Below are positions 52,226 to 64,000 of a DNA stretch of 64,000 nucleotides, piece after piece (within the stretch, counting starts at the first letter, position 1; every line of letters begins with the position of its first letter). The translations under genes and the position numbers were made by a program. The notes below the pieces were generated by a model, which was not told where the DNA came from, did no database searches, and worked only from the letters and a program-made list of their open reading frames with translations. The stretch is from Octopus sinensis. Lineage: Eukaryota. Where the stretch lies: contig NC_043002.1 in assembly GCF_006345805.1 (NCBI RefSeq), positions 110,174,001-110,238,000 of the forward strand. The letters run 5' to 3'.

Positions 52226-53556
52226 ATTTATTTATATATATTATACAAAATGTGTCATGTAAACCCAGAGTTTCTACCTTTAAAACCAAGGAGTTACACC
52301 CTCTTTACTTGTGTGATTTTTTACTACCCTGGTAACTATTTATCTATTTTTTTCCATGTTAATTGTTAACAAGGGAAAAATACACACATCTATATATATA
52401 TATATCTATATATATATATTTATAATTGTGTGTGTATATATATATTAATGTGTGTATATATAAAAATATATATATATAATATATATATATATATATAATA
52501 TATATATATATGTGCACATGTGTGCATTTGAATACACATACAAATACATATACTTATGTAAATATAATGCAAGTTACAGATGACAGTAGAATGCTGAACT
52601 ATTGGGAATGATTTAGAAGTCTACATTAAGGAGTATGAGTGTGTCACCAAAATCCTAAGACTCACTGTACTATACATACAGCTTACATCATCATACATAT
52701 GTGTGCATGTATGTATGGTATGCATACATAAATATATACATGCACACACACACACATGCATGCATGCACACAGACACACACACACATACATATCTACATA
52801 CATAGCACAGCACAGACTAATTTTGTTATCAACAATGAAAACTCTGACTTATCAGAAAACTATAAGGTCATTGCCTACCTTAATACTGTGCATTGATTTT
52901 AGAGAAGCTGTCTTATCCAATTTCTCCAGGACCATTGCAAGTCCAACATGGTAGCAAGTCAGGAATAGTCAAAAGGTAAGTAGGGAGTGTGGAGTTGTCA
53001 AATAACTTTCAATAGATATAGCTGTGCTGTCTGATATAAGAAATCAATGCAAAGACTTTGAGACAATATGATTTGAATACAGAAAGGCATGTGATTTCAT
53101 TCCTCACTCATAGTTACTGTAATCACTGCAAATGTTAAAAGTACTTACTATCCTAGACGCTGTCATTGAAAGGCTCAGAAAGATGTTGTAACAGAAAGTG
53201 GAATGATTGTCTTCAACGTTATAAATATTCTAAAAAATTCTAAGGAGACAGTTTGTCTTTGCTTCTGTTTATTTTGACATGAAATCCATTGTTGTTTCTT
53301 TTAGAAAATCTAGTGGCTATATGCTAGGGTTTACAAGAGCAAGAAATTCTAATGTAACCCATAATTTTTTTGTGGATGATCTAAAGATCTATACCCAAAA
53401 TATTTATGATGTTGATAGATTTTGTAAGATTTTCAGCTGATATAGGAATGGAATTCTCTATCTCTCCTGTTCCATGTGAGTGCTACAAATACCTTTCACA
53501 AAACCCTATTATGCAAAGATACTGTGAAAAAAGGTGAAATAATTGAAGAATGATAT

Positions 53557-53966
53557 TACTCTTTTACTCTTTTACTTGTTTCAGTCATTTGACTGCAGTC
53601 ATGCTGGAGCACCGCCTTTAGTCGAGCAAATCGACCCCGGGACTTATTCTTTGTAAGCCCAATACTTATTCTATCGGTCTCTTTTGCCGAACCGCTAAGT
53701 GACGGGGACATAAACACACCAGCATCGCTTGTCAAGCAATGCTAGGGGGACAAACACAGACACACAAACACACACACATACATATATATATATACATATA
53801 TACGACGGGCTTCTTTCAGTTTCCGTCTACCAAATCCACTCACAAGGCATTGGTCGGCCCGGGCTATAGCAGAAGACACTTGCCCAAGATGCCACGCAGT
53901 TGGACTGAACCTGGAACCATGTGGCTGGTTAGCAAGCTACTTACCACACAGCCACTCCTGCGCCTA
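53557..53966 (-). mobile_element. SINE family A, full length
   Basis: Reverse complement of family A. Confidence 0.92.
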
Positions 53967-54272
53967 TATATCAAACTTTAAAAAATATGTCAGTTAGAGC
54001 TTTCTGCTTACAGCAGACCATATGTCACAATGCATCTGCAGTACTAGTGCTGGCACCAGCATTTGGGATATTCAACAAGTTTCAAGAGAAAGTTCTCTCT
54101 ATAGATATTAAACCCACAAAATCCTAGCATCAAGTGAAAGTTTCCAAACAAATAATAATATTGAAAGGCTCCTTCACAGAAGATTAGTGTGGGGAAAAGA
54201 TATTTCAGATCATTCCAGGTAGTCTTTTAGTGCCATTTAGTAGTACTCTGACAATATCTGATGCATAAATAA

Positions 54273-54565
54273 GTGATCACGTGATCACGTGACCAACCAG
54301 ACCATCAGATGTTGTTACACATCGCTGGTCACAATGCGTTCGCATTGTTTTAGCCTTCGAATGATGCCACTCCGCTGGCTAAGCGAGCAGGCCGACAGAA
54401 TAAAGAGTGGGAGAAAGAGTGGTGAAAGAGTACAGCAGGGATCACCTTGTGGTGCTTTTAGGTGTTTTCGCTCAATAAGCACACACAACGCCCGGTCTGG
54501 GAATCGAAACCGCGATCCTGCGACCGCGAGTCCGCTGCCCTAACCATTAGGCCATTGCGCCTCTA
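54273..54565 (-). mobile_element. SINE family C
   Basis: Reverse complement of 32341-32640, (GTGATCAC) tail, flanked by GCATAAATAAGT at both ends. Confidence 0.88.
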
Positions 54566-54741
54566 CGCATAAATAAGTAGCATAAATAAATAGTGATTAC
54601 ATAATTGAAAGTAAAGAGGACAATTTCCTACAAGCTGGTATTGAACTTCTCTTTCCTATGACTTTCCATGTGACCCCAGAATTACCTTCTGGAAAAAAAA
54701 AAACGGTCATAAATGGGTATATTTCCAATAAAATTAAGAAT

Positions 54742-54902
54742 GGCATAGGAGTGGTTGTGTGGTAAGTAACTTGCTTAAGAACCACATGGTTCTGGGTTCA
54801 GTCCCACTGCGTGGCACCTTGGGCAAGTGTCTTCTACTATAGCCTTGGGCCGACCAAAGCCTTGTGAGTGGATTTGGTAGACGGAAACTGAAAGAAGCCC
54901 AT

Positions 54903-54939
<37 letters not shown>

Positions 54940-55140
54940 ATATGTTTGTGTGTCTGTGTTGGTTCCCCCCCCCCCAACATCGCTTGACAACTGATGCTGG
55001 TGTGTTTACATCCCTGTAACTTAGTGGTTCGGTAAAAGAGACTGATAGAATAAGTACTAGGCTTACAAAGAATAAGTCCTGGGGTCGATTTGCTCGACTA
55101 AAGGTGGTGCTCCAGCATGGTCAGCATGGTCACAGACTGA
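54742..55140 (+). mobile_element. SINE family A
   Basis: Family A body. Confidence 0.9.
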
Positions 55141-55393
55141 GAAGTAAATCTTATGTAGTTATAAAGATCAGCTACCCTATAGATGTGAACATGCCTTTCA
55201 AATTCAGTAAGAAAGACAATATCCATAAATAATTGCTTTGACATCTACAGCTCCCTAACTCCAGAATATGAATTCACATTCATACCTATTGGTGAACTTA
55301 GTTATATTAATAGCTAAATATCAAAGTGACAGTCTTGAAAAGTTGGATTTTCCAGGCGAAAAAAGGGACCAACTGAAACACAGTTTTGAGATA

Positions 55394-55772
55394 TCTTTAT
55401 ATATAAAAGTGAGGTTGTGTGCTGTCTGTCTCCTATGATTTAGATTCCTAACTACTCCCACATTTTGCGGTGCAGTTTAACCAAAACGGGTATCTTATAG
55501 TCGTGATTCATATCGAGCCCTTCTGGGTATTAGCGCGCGTCTACGATGAGTCTACGATTTAAAAAATAATTTACCATCAACTTTTCCCATTTTTAATGCA
55601 TTTTTGGCATATATAAGGGAAGAAAATCTCTAAAAATTTATTATTAAATCTCAGAACGTAAAAAGCTACAGTAACACCCCCCACCACTTTGTGGTTAGCC
55701 ATATTGAGATGGCTATTATACTTTACATCTCTAAAAATGCTTATATAGTTATTTCCCTTACAAACCTGCTAG
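55394..55772 (+). mobile_element. Helitron H1 variant (different internal segment, 3' hairpin deleted)
   Basis: A|TCTTTATATATAAAAG...CTAG|T. Matches 1532-1931 except about 55637-55727 and the missing hairpin. Confidence 0.87.
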
Positions 55773-55809
55773 TAGTTAATAAGTATAACAGCAAAAATAT
55801 TTAAGACTT

Positions 55810-56580
55810 ATCTTTTATTTTTCTATCTTTTACTTGTTTCAGTCATTAGACTGTGACCATGCTGGGGCCTCATCTTGAAGAGTTTTTAGTTGAACAAATC
55901 AACCCTAGTACGTTTTTAAAGCCTTGCACTTATTCTATTGTTCTCTTTTTCTTAATCACTAAGCTATGGGGATGTAAATAAACCAACACCAGTTATCAAG
56001 TTGTGGTGGGGAACAAACATAGACACAAAGACACACACACACACACACATATATATGTGTATATGTATATATTTAAAGGGCTAAAAACTCACTATGTGGT
56101 CAGCCATATGCTAGAAGTAGATCACCTGCAATCAAACTACAAAGAAAAGAATGTTCTCTAGAGAAAAATTCGGCGGACACCAGAACAATATGCGGGCAAG
56201 ACAGATGAAAATTATATAAAAAACAAGAATTAATCACAGACCTAGGTTTCGCCTATTAACGAATGAATCACTTATGTAATCCTCGTCCGTAGGGCTCATC
56301 AGTACGATCGTTCCACAGGTAATATAATTTGTAAAACTAACCACCAGTTTTCCGTATAAAAAACAGACACGTGCTTAGTTTCACCGATTTTTATATATAT
56401 GTATAAACATACATGATGAGCTTCTTTTAGTTTCCATCTACCAAATCCACTCACAGGCTTTGGTCAACCCAAAGCTATAATAGAAGACATTTGTGCAATG
56501 TGCCACACAGTGGGGCTGAACCCACAACCATCTGGCTTGGAAGCAAACATCTTACCATCCAGCTATAGACTTGCCTATAG
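55810..56580 (-). mobile_element. Old SINE A split by a hammerhead-bearing insert (about 56072-56392)
   Basis: 3' half at 55810-56070, 5' half at about 56400-56580. Confidence 0.8.
56232..56309 (-). ncRNA. Minimal type I hammerhead ribozyme
   Basis: Minus strand GATCGTA-CTGATGA-GCCCTA...TAGGC-GAAA-C-CTAG-GTC-TGTGATT: all core bases present, palindromic stem III ACCTAGGT, stem I ATCGTA/TGTGAT. Confidence 0.87.
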
Positions 56581-57397
56581 CTTAACATTTAACACCTCAC
56601 CATTGTTATCCTCATTCTAGTGATGGACGATGACCATCACTTCACCTACAAGTGACCACACTACCAGTACTCCACCCTCCTTCTGCTATTACCATTGCTG
56701 ACTCTGCTACTACCACCAACACCACCACTACCAGCTCTCTACCATTACATTGGCTGCTGACACTGCTGCTAATGTTACTGCTAGCACTGCTTCCCCCACC
56801 AGGACCATAACTGCTGCTGTTGCCAACACCACCACCACCTCCACCACTACTTGCATTATCATCATTATCATCACCATCACTACAAACCTAAGCAATACAC
56901 TGCCACCACCATCGACAGCAGCACCCTCTCCATACAAAACTATTACTAGCTGTACTGTCACCACCACACCATTACTCTCAACAGTACTACCTCCACTATC
57001 CCTCCCACTTCATCACCACCGTTATCATCACCCATCCCCAAGATAATTCACATATTCAACAATTGTTATCATTATCGATGTTCTAAATCCATGCCTGGCA
57101 AATAAGAAAATAAAAAAAGAAGGGATCGGGAGGTGGTGGTAGATTACATATCAATAATATTTATCAGGGCTGTATGGGGAGAGTCTTCTACCAATCCCAG
57201 TTTCTCTGCTCATAAACTATTAAGGTTGTCTCCCAAGACTGCATACAGCTATTCTTACATCCTTATTTTCAGCTTCTGATAGAATTTTACACGAGGGAGA
57301 TACAGAGATGCATAAAAATGGTAAAACATCATTTATTTATGTTTATTCAATGGTTTTGCTTTGTTCTTCAAATTGAAAATTATATTCCATCCACAAA

Positions 57398-57800
57398 TAG
57401 GCGCAGGAGTGGCTGTGTGGTAAGTAGCTTGCTTACCAGCCACATGGTTCCGGGTTCAGTCCCACTGCATGGCATCTTGGGCATCTTGAAGGCCGACCAA
57501 TGCCTTGTGAGCGGATTTGGTAGAAGGAAACTGAAAGAAGCCTGTCGAATATATGTATATATATATATAATATATATATATGTGTGTGTTTGTGTTTGTC
57601 CCCCTAGCATTGCTTGACAACCGATGCTGGTGTGTTTACGTCCCCGTCACCTTGCAGTTCGGCAAAAGAGACCGATAGAATAAGTACTGGGCTTACAAAG
57701 AATAAGTCCCGGGGTCAATTTGCTCGACTAAAGGCGGTGCTCCAGCATGGCCACAGTCAAATGACTGAAACAAGTAAAAAAGTAAAAGAGTAAAAGAGTA
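57398..57800 (+). mobile_element. SINE family A
   Basis: Family A body with a local GGCATCTTG duplication replacing the CORE-like block. Confidence 0.9.
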
Positions 57801-58887
57801 AATATACATTTTCCCCATTGGATGGATATTTTAGAATATATTAAAATACAAATTTTATGGAAAAAATGATATGTTTTTCAGTTAGGTTGATGCTTGTGAT
57901 CCTACCAGTAGTGTTACTGGTTGCGGCAGTAGTAATATTGATGATCAGGGCAAGGAATAGTACATATACTTTATGTTTCCTGACAGTAGTAGCAGAACTT
58001 GTTGTCCTTGGTTAGCTCTAAGACAGCCCTGAGTGAGCAGACCTATGACCAAAAGGGATTCCAACTGTAACTACATACTTTTTCCTATGTGTGGGGTCCC
58101 ATCATTCAATATGTTCTTTTCTGAGATTGTTGAGGTGTGATTTGAGAGAAATTTGATTACTATTGTAGCAGGTCTTATGTAGAAGCTTCTTGGCTTACAT
58201 GGTTTATTCAATGGCCATGGTAAGGAATAATAGTAATAGTATTAATGGTGAATAGTACATGTTTGTTATTTTAATGTTTTTTATTTTAGCCCCAAATCGG
58301 ATGCCTAGTTTGAAAACCACTATGTGACCTTTGGGTTTCTTTAGAAGAGTTACAAGCATTCAGACCAAATCTATGATCTGAAGATACTTTGACATTTTGA
58401 TTTACTACTTCTGATTGCAGTAATCCAAGAATGAAAATTTCTGCTTCTCATTCTCCACCCTACCTGTCTTGAAGGCCTTACAAAAGGTAACGAGTATTGT
58501 CTGTTCCTCCTTGGAGACTATAACAAAATAGAAAAAAGTTTTGGTGATGTGCACTTAATTTATTAAGTTTTACTTTCATATAATCATTGTTGTTTAGTAC
58601 CAGACCAACTTTGTTCCAATACATTTATGATCAAAGATACTCCAGTCATGACCATCCCATCTTTGCAGGGTATGTGAGATTATATTATCTCATTCGGATA
58701 GGATTTGCTTTTGGAGTAAATTTTGTGGTTATTTTTAGCAGATTGACTAATTGTGTAGAGGATCTTTTGTTGTCTCATTTGAAATGATTATGATGGAAAG
58801 GCTGAGTGGTCAAATTACTGACCTACAGAGGCCATGTGTTCAAGCAGAAGGTACTGCATTGAACTACTACCACATACACACATATCA

Positions 58888-59490
58888 ATCATCATCATCA
58901 TCATCATCGTTTAACGTCCGCTTTCCATGCTAGCATGGGTTGGACGGTTCAACTGGGGTCTGGGAAGCCCGAAGACTGCACCAGGCCAGTCAGATCTGGC
59001 AGTGTTTCTACAGCTGGATGCCCTTTCTAACGCCAACCACTCGTGAGTGTAGTGGGTGCTTTTTATGTGCCATGGACACAGGTGCCAGACGAGGCTGGCG
59101 AACGGCCATGCTCGGATGGTGTTTTTTATGTGCCACCGACACAGGTGCCAGACAAGGCTGGCGAACGGCCACGCTCGGATGGTGTTTTTTTTTTGTGCCA
59201 CCGACACAGGTGCCAGACGAGGCTGGCGAACGGCCACGCTCGGATGGTGTTTTTTTTTGTGCCACCGACACAGGTGCCAGACGAGGCTGGCAAATGGCCA
59301 CACTCAGATGGTGTTTTTTTTGTGCCACCGACACAGGTGCCAGATGAGGCTGGCGAATGGCCACGATCGGATGGTGTTTTTTTTACGTGCCACTGGCACG
59401 GAGGCCAGGCTAGGCTGGCACGGCCACGATCGGATGGTGTTTGTTATGTGCCCACAGCACGGAGGCCAGTCGATGCGGTACTACGGATGA
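58888..59490 (-). mobile_element. RTE-type 3'UTR element with expanded ~61-bp tandem array
   Basis: Five near-complete units TGCCACCGACACAGGTGCCAGACGAGGCTGGCGAACGGCCACGCTCGGATGGTG(T)n at about 59060-59380, plus diverged units. Confidence 0.9.
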
Positions 59491-60103
59491 AAATAGTTTT
59501 GAAGATAACAAATACAGGTACATATACATTGGCATCTAATGATGAACAGAGATGAACTACTAAATAGTCAGAATAAGCATAAAACTGAAATAACACAAAA
59601 AATCCCAACCAATAAATAAATAAATAAACAAACTGAAAGAAAATAGTTAAAAGTTTGAAAATTCTTTTATCAGCACTAAATATTACATGGAAAAATGCGA
59701 GCAAGAGAAATAATATTGTTAAGGTTATAAACCTGGAAAAGTACAGGACAAGTTATTACACTTGGAAAAGTTCAGGACAAGTTATTGCCTGTGTTCCATA
59801 ATATAAAAATTGATATATGAAAATCCCTTTAAATTAATTTTGATATTAAATAATAAGTTTAAAATATAATAACTTTATAACAATGCCTTTTCTGGACAGC
59901 CTTACTACATGCCTTCAGGTCTGCCTATAGAGACACAGCCAAAAATGACTATTCTTTCCCCAATAAAATTAGATGTATATAGCTGAATCATATAACACAT
60001 TAATGAATTAGCCTGATTAAATAATTAACTAAAAAGAAAAAGGAAAGCAACTGAAAAGAAATTAGCAAAAACTGCAGAAAGCAAGTAAGGCTGAAAGAGA
60101 AAA

Positions 60104-60612
60104 TCTATATATATAAAACTCAACTTGTGTGTCTGTGTGTGTATCTGTGTGCGTGTCTGTGTGTTTAACTTCCCGGCACATCTCCTCCTAGCCAACAAAT
60201 CGTAGAACCACCAAAAATGGGTCACTTAACGTTTAGGCGAATGAAAATTGAACTGCGCTATTTCTGTTCTGAAATTCATCTCACAAGTGCAAAAATCGAT
60301 AATGTGTTGTTTAGGCCTTATCCCATGCATTGAATAGTGAACTTTTACTTAGTCAGCTGTTTGACATGAACTGTGTTCACCACATGTGCAAGCATGCGTA
60401 AATTGCATGAAAAATAAAAAAATCAAGATATAAAAACGAATTGCCGTAAAGATTGTAGAAATTCGGCAAAGAAATGAATTTTCGGGATGTAGCCTCGAGG
60501 GTTTTTTTGTATTAATCATTTGGACTTTGTGAACACATACCAATTGTTTTCATAACATTTTTAACGCTTGAATTAAATGTGACCATTTTGCAAAGCTGGG
60601 CAATATTGCTAG
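60104..60612 (+). mobile_element. Non-autonomous Helitron (family H2)
   Basis: A|TCTATATATATAAAAC...GCAAAGCTGGGCAATATTGCTAG|T. 3' end resembles H1 (GCAACGCCGGGCGATACTGCTAG). Confidence 0.75.
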
Positions 60613-60658
60613 TTAATGATAAAAGTTAAACTTACTGAAGTGCAATAGCATATTAAAT

Positions 60659-61040
60659 ATCATCATCATCATCATCATCATTTAGCGTCCGCTTTCCATG
60701 CTAGCATGGGTTGGACGGTTCAACTGGGGTCTGTGAAGCCAGAAGGCTGCATCAGGCCCAGTCTGATCTGGCAGTGTTTCTACGGCTGGATGCCCTTCTT
60801 AATGGCAACCACTCCGTGAATGTAGTGGGTGCTTTTTATGTGCCACCCGCACAGGTGCCAGACAAAGCTGGCAAACGGCCACGAATGGATGGTGCTTTTT
60901 ATGTGCCACCGGCATGAGGCCAGTCGGGGCAGCGCTGGCGAACGGCCACGAACGGATGGTGCTTTTTTTACGTACCACCGGCACGGGGGCCAGGCGAGGC
61001 TGGCAACGGCCACGAACGGATGGTGCTTTTTACGTGCTTT
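60659..61040 (-). mobile_element. RTE-type 3'UTR element
   Basis: Same family as 58888-59490 and 46551-47016. Confidence 0.87.
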
Positions 61041-61295
61041 TATTAATTAAACACTTTTGATCAATGCCTTTTCTGAACAGCCTTACTACATGATTTCAGT
61101 ACTGCCCATAGACACACAGCCAGAAATGTCTGTATTCTATCAAGTGAATTTGGAATTATAAAGAAAATAAAGATGAAATAAAGTTACTTTTTTATGCAAA
61201 TTTATTTTATTTTCTTGCAATTATTCATAGATTATATGTATTTTTATAAGTAAAAAATGATTGAGTTCATAACAAGGAACAACAACTACAATATA

Positions 61296-61520
61296 ATCAT
61301 CATCATCATCATCATCATTTAACGTCCATTTTCCATGCTAGCATGGATAGGACAGTAACACAAGTGCCAGCCAGGCCGAAATCTGTACCAGACTTCTGTG
61401 TCTGTTTTGGCAAGATTTTTACAGCTGGATACCCTTCTGAACACCAACTACTTTACAGTGTGGACTGGGTGCTTTTAAGTGGCACCTGCATAGACAGGGT
61501 CACCAAGTACTTGCAAGACA
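61296..61520 (-). mobile_element. Old RTE-type 3' end
   Basis: (CAT)n-TTTAACGTCCATTTTCCATGC...CAGCTGGATACCCTTC. Confidence 0.7.
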
Positions 61521-62140
61521 TTTAAAAAACTTTTAAGAAGTGGAGGAGGCATTGGTGGAAGTGATGATGAAAAGGTCATAGTCAGAAAGATACAGGTGTC
61601 TTGCTGTAGAGGAAGTACAAGGTTACCTGGTCAGAGAGAGCAAGAGAAAGATCCAGAATGAAGACAGAAATAGGTGTGCTACCACAAAGAAAATACACGG
61701 TTGCCCAAATTGAGAGAAGTGCAGGAGAAGGAGAGAGAGAGTGGGAGGCTGCAGGATAGAAATGGTGGCAAAATGCCAGGCATACTCAAAAGGAAAGGTA
61801 ACCAGAATAGAGAGAGAGATAGATGGTGGCATGTGCAGGGCATACCCTTCAGGTTCAAATGCTATAATATAAGTGGCTGGATATTGTGAAGGGAGTGTGA
61901 TTAAAGATTGTGAGTAAGTGGCAAAAGACTTGGGTATATATAGAGTTGGAGGGACTACTGGGTAACAATGATACAAAGGAACAAGGATGTGAGGACAGGA
62001 TTGGGGAATGAGAGCTAGGCATAGAGTATGAAGGAGGTAATGTGAGGAAGAGGAGAGATGTAGATTGGTTTGTTGGGGGTAGAGTGAGGGAAAATTTTCT
62101 TGTTATGTGTGGGTGGAACACCCAAGTCAGGGGCTAGCAG

Positions 62141-62800
62141 ATGTCAAGAACATTATTGCTGGCAGAAAAGAGTTACAGCCAGATTGAAAAAGAGGCATTA
62201 GCTATTACATTTGGTATGGAAAAGTTTCACAGGTTCATTCACTGCAGACATTTTTGGTTTCAAAGGGACCATAGACCTCTAATGACGATATACAGATCCA
62301 AGAAAGGAATCCCAACACATACTGCAAACAGACTGCAGTAGTGGGGTACCGTTCTATTTAACTATGATTATAGAATGGAATATCTGCCTTTAGGAAAGTT
62401 GGAGCATGCTGATGGTCGGTCTAGATTAATTTCAAGAAATAACAAACTGTTGGAGGACACCATAATAGCAGTACTAAGAGTGGAGGCGAAAACAAAAAAA
62501 AAAATGATGTGGAACATTGTGCGTGAAGTACCAGTAACTTTGGAAGAAATAAAAAGAAATGCAAGAAATGACAAATTTATTGATGATACAAAAAGAAAAC
62601 TTGTCGACAAAAGGAAATAAAGAAAGGTCTGATGCAAAGAACTGCCAAGATGTGAGCATGAACCCTATATGTGATGGTGTACTAATGTAAACTCAGAGGG
62701 TGGTCATACCACAGACATTACAGAAGAAAATGCTAAAAGAGTTCCATGTGGGGCATCCAGGTATCTCTAGAATGAAAGCACTGATGCGAAGCTTTGTATA
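62141..62800 (+). mobile_element. Gypsy LTR retrotransposon pol fragment (RNase H to integrase zinc-binding region)
   Basis: AEKSYSQIEKEALAITFG..KFH.F...DHRPL...TANRLQ*W...YDY..EY...HAD..SR; RVVIP..LQKKMLKEFHVGHPGISRMKALMRS.VY. Contains stops. Confidence 0.88.
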
Positions 62801-63399
62801 TTGTATATAAAAGTAGACCCTAAGAAAAAAAGATATTGAATATATATATATATATATAAAGGAGAAGGTGGGGTGAATAAAAGAAATTGATTGTTAAATA
62901 TGATAATTAAAAGTGGAGATTTACTGTATGCCCCTCCTGGTAAAAAGGAGCCAACCATTATAAATAGACCAGTAGCCAGTAGTCAAGGGAGGGTCGAGAG
63001 TCGACAGTTGTAGTTATTGTCTTGTGGAGCTATCAGTGATAGTAAGACAGAAGAAGTTAGTGTATTACTATTCCTGTATGAAGAGATACAACAGTATCCA
63101 ATGACTAGTAACTATTGTGTCTACTAACATAAAACAGCATCTACAGTACAATTACAGTCATACATCACACCAGTGGGAGGAAACCCACTTTACAATGGGT
63201 GCACAAAGTAAAAATGGTGAAAAATTTTAGAAAAGTAAGTGTTGTAAGAGAAGAGGACAAGTTATGCAAGGAATTTCTGTTTTTTATCACAGAAATGCTA
63301 AGATTTTATGGAGTCCACTTGATGGTTGACACAAATGATTTTTAGACCAAAGAATATTTTTGTATAAAAAGGAAATTTACTTTGAATGTGATACTAAAA

Positions 63400-63900
63400 A
63401 AAAAGGATAGTAAATAAAGTTAATAGCATACTGTAACCTGAAGCCAATATCCTTTGCAATAGCTTCATCAGGAATGCAGCAACTTTGGGACATTGCATTT
63501 CATGCTAATGTGTGAATGTATTAACAATGATATTATTACTGTAACGTTATTTACAAGAACATTAAGCAATTGTTTGAGATGAAAGCATTATATCATATTT
63601 GAATTTGTGACTGTTGATAGAAAATCTTAGGAAATCATATTTGTATCTGATTTCTTTTCTGACAAAAGGAACAAAAGAAGATAAAGTTAATGACGGAATA
63701 AAGGCCTAGTAAAGTAATGCTGTAGATGCTGGGAATTTTTCAAAGTTACTTATAACAGCTGGCAAGAGAGAAATAGTCCCAGTTGTCGCAAATGGAATGA
63801 TAGATTTTAAAGAAATATGTGGTATGTTGGATAACAACAGAAACTGAATTAGGTAAAAATTCTAGCTGGTTTTGGAAAAGATAAATTTCAGCTAATAGGT
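63400..63900 (+). mobile_element. Highly decayed PIF1-type helicase (probably autonomous Helitron remnant)
   Basis: Frameshifted AIASSG(I)AATL, TVDR, AGNF..LL and LK.NM-like motifs in PIF1 order. Confidence 0.45.
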
Positions 63901-64000
63901 ATTACAGTCCAGATCATTGATTCTGAAATCATGAATGAAATCTTTTGGCAAAAATATGAATATGATTTCATTGATATAGAGAGTGGCATCGCAGTAAATA

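Larger units (their letters stand above)
52850..55390 (+). mobile_element. Old R4/Dong-like LINE remnant interrupted by three SINEs
   Basis: IDFREA, GDSLSLLLFIL..NPL, FVDDLKIY, FSADIGME (52890-53455), and restriction-like endonuclease-type residues IS.P.D.N...K.D...FIPI at 55150-55310. Confidence 0.62.

Noticed and set aside
56728-57046. Thr-rich mucin-like ORF (also 3180-3650)
   Set aside because: Degenerate (CAC/TAC)n trinucleotide low-complexity DNA with no splice or start support.
59053-59460. CRISPR-like regular array
   Set aside because: Units are tandem copies without unique spacers, there are no cas genes, and the context is a eukaryotic retroelement 3'UTR.
62802-63195. Possible LTR after the Gypsy fragment (TG start, TATAAATA, CA end)
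   Set aside because: No second LTR or convincing PBS/PPT in the window, so it cannot be supported.

Overview
AT-rich, repeat-saturated eukaryotic DNA with no intact host gene detectable. The SINE, RTE and Penelope content and the dense (TA)n, (CA)n and (TAA/TGA)n microsatellites suggest a coleoid cephalopod (Octopus-like); this is an inference. Nearly all six-frame ORFs are artefacts of SINEs or microsatellites. Recognisable content: about five tRNA-derived SINE families (many with target-site duplications, TSDs); fragments of RTE, CR1, Tx1/L1 and R4/Dong LINEs; Penelope-like elements (PLEs); two Gypsy fragments; non-autonomous Helitrons, including a head-to-tail dimer; TTAA-flanked MITEs; foldback elements; and a 1.18-kb tandem duplication. 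Most notable are four well-formed minimal type I hammerhead ribozymes (7006-7083, 50573-50654, 52093-52195 on +; 56232-56309 on -). They sit in PLE or retrozyme-like units that abut (TA)n tracts, and three of these units show no recognisable coding sequence. There is also an orphan 120-nt phase-1 calcium-binding EGF pseudo-exon (49650-49769, -) that has lost both splice dinucleotides and the Cys1/Cys3 pair. All calls were made by eye without alignment or database searches, so boundaries of decayed elements are approximate.
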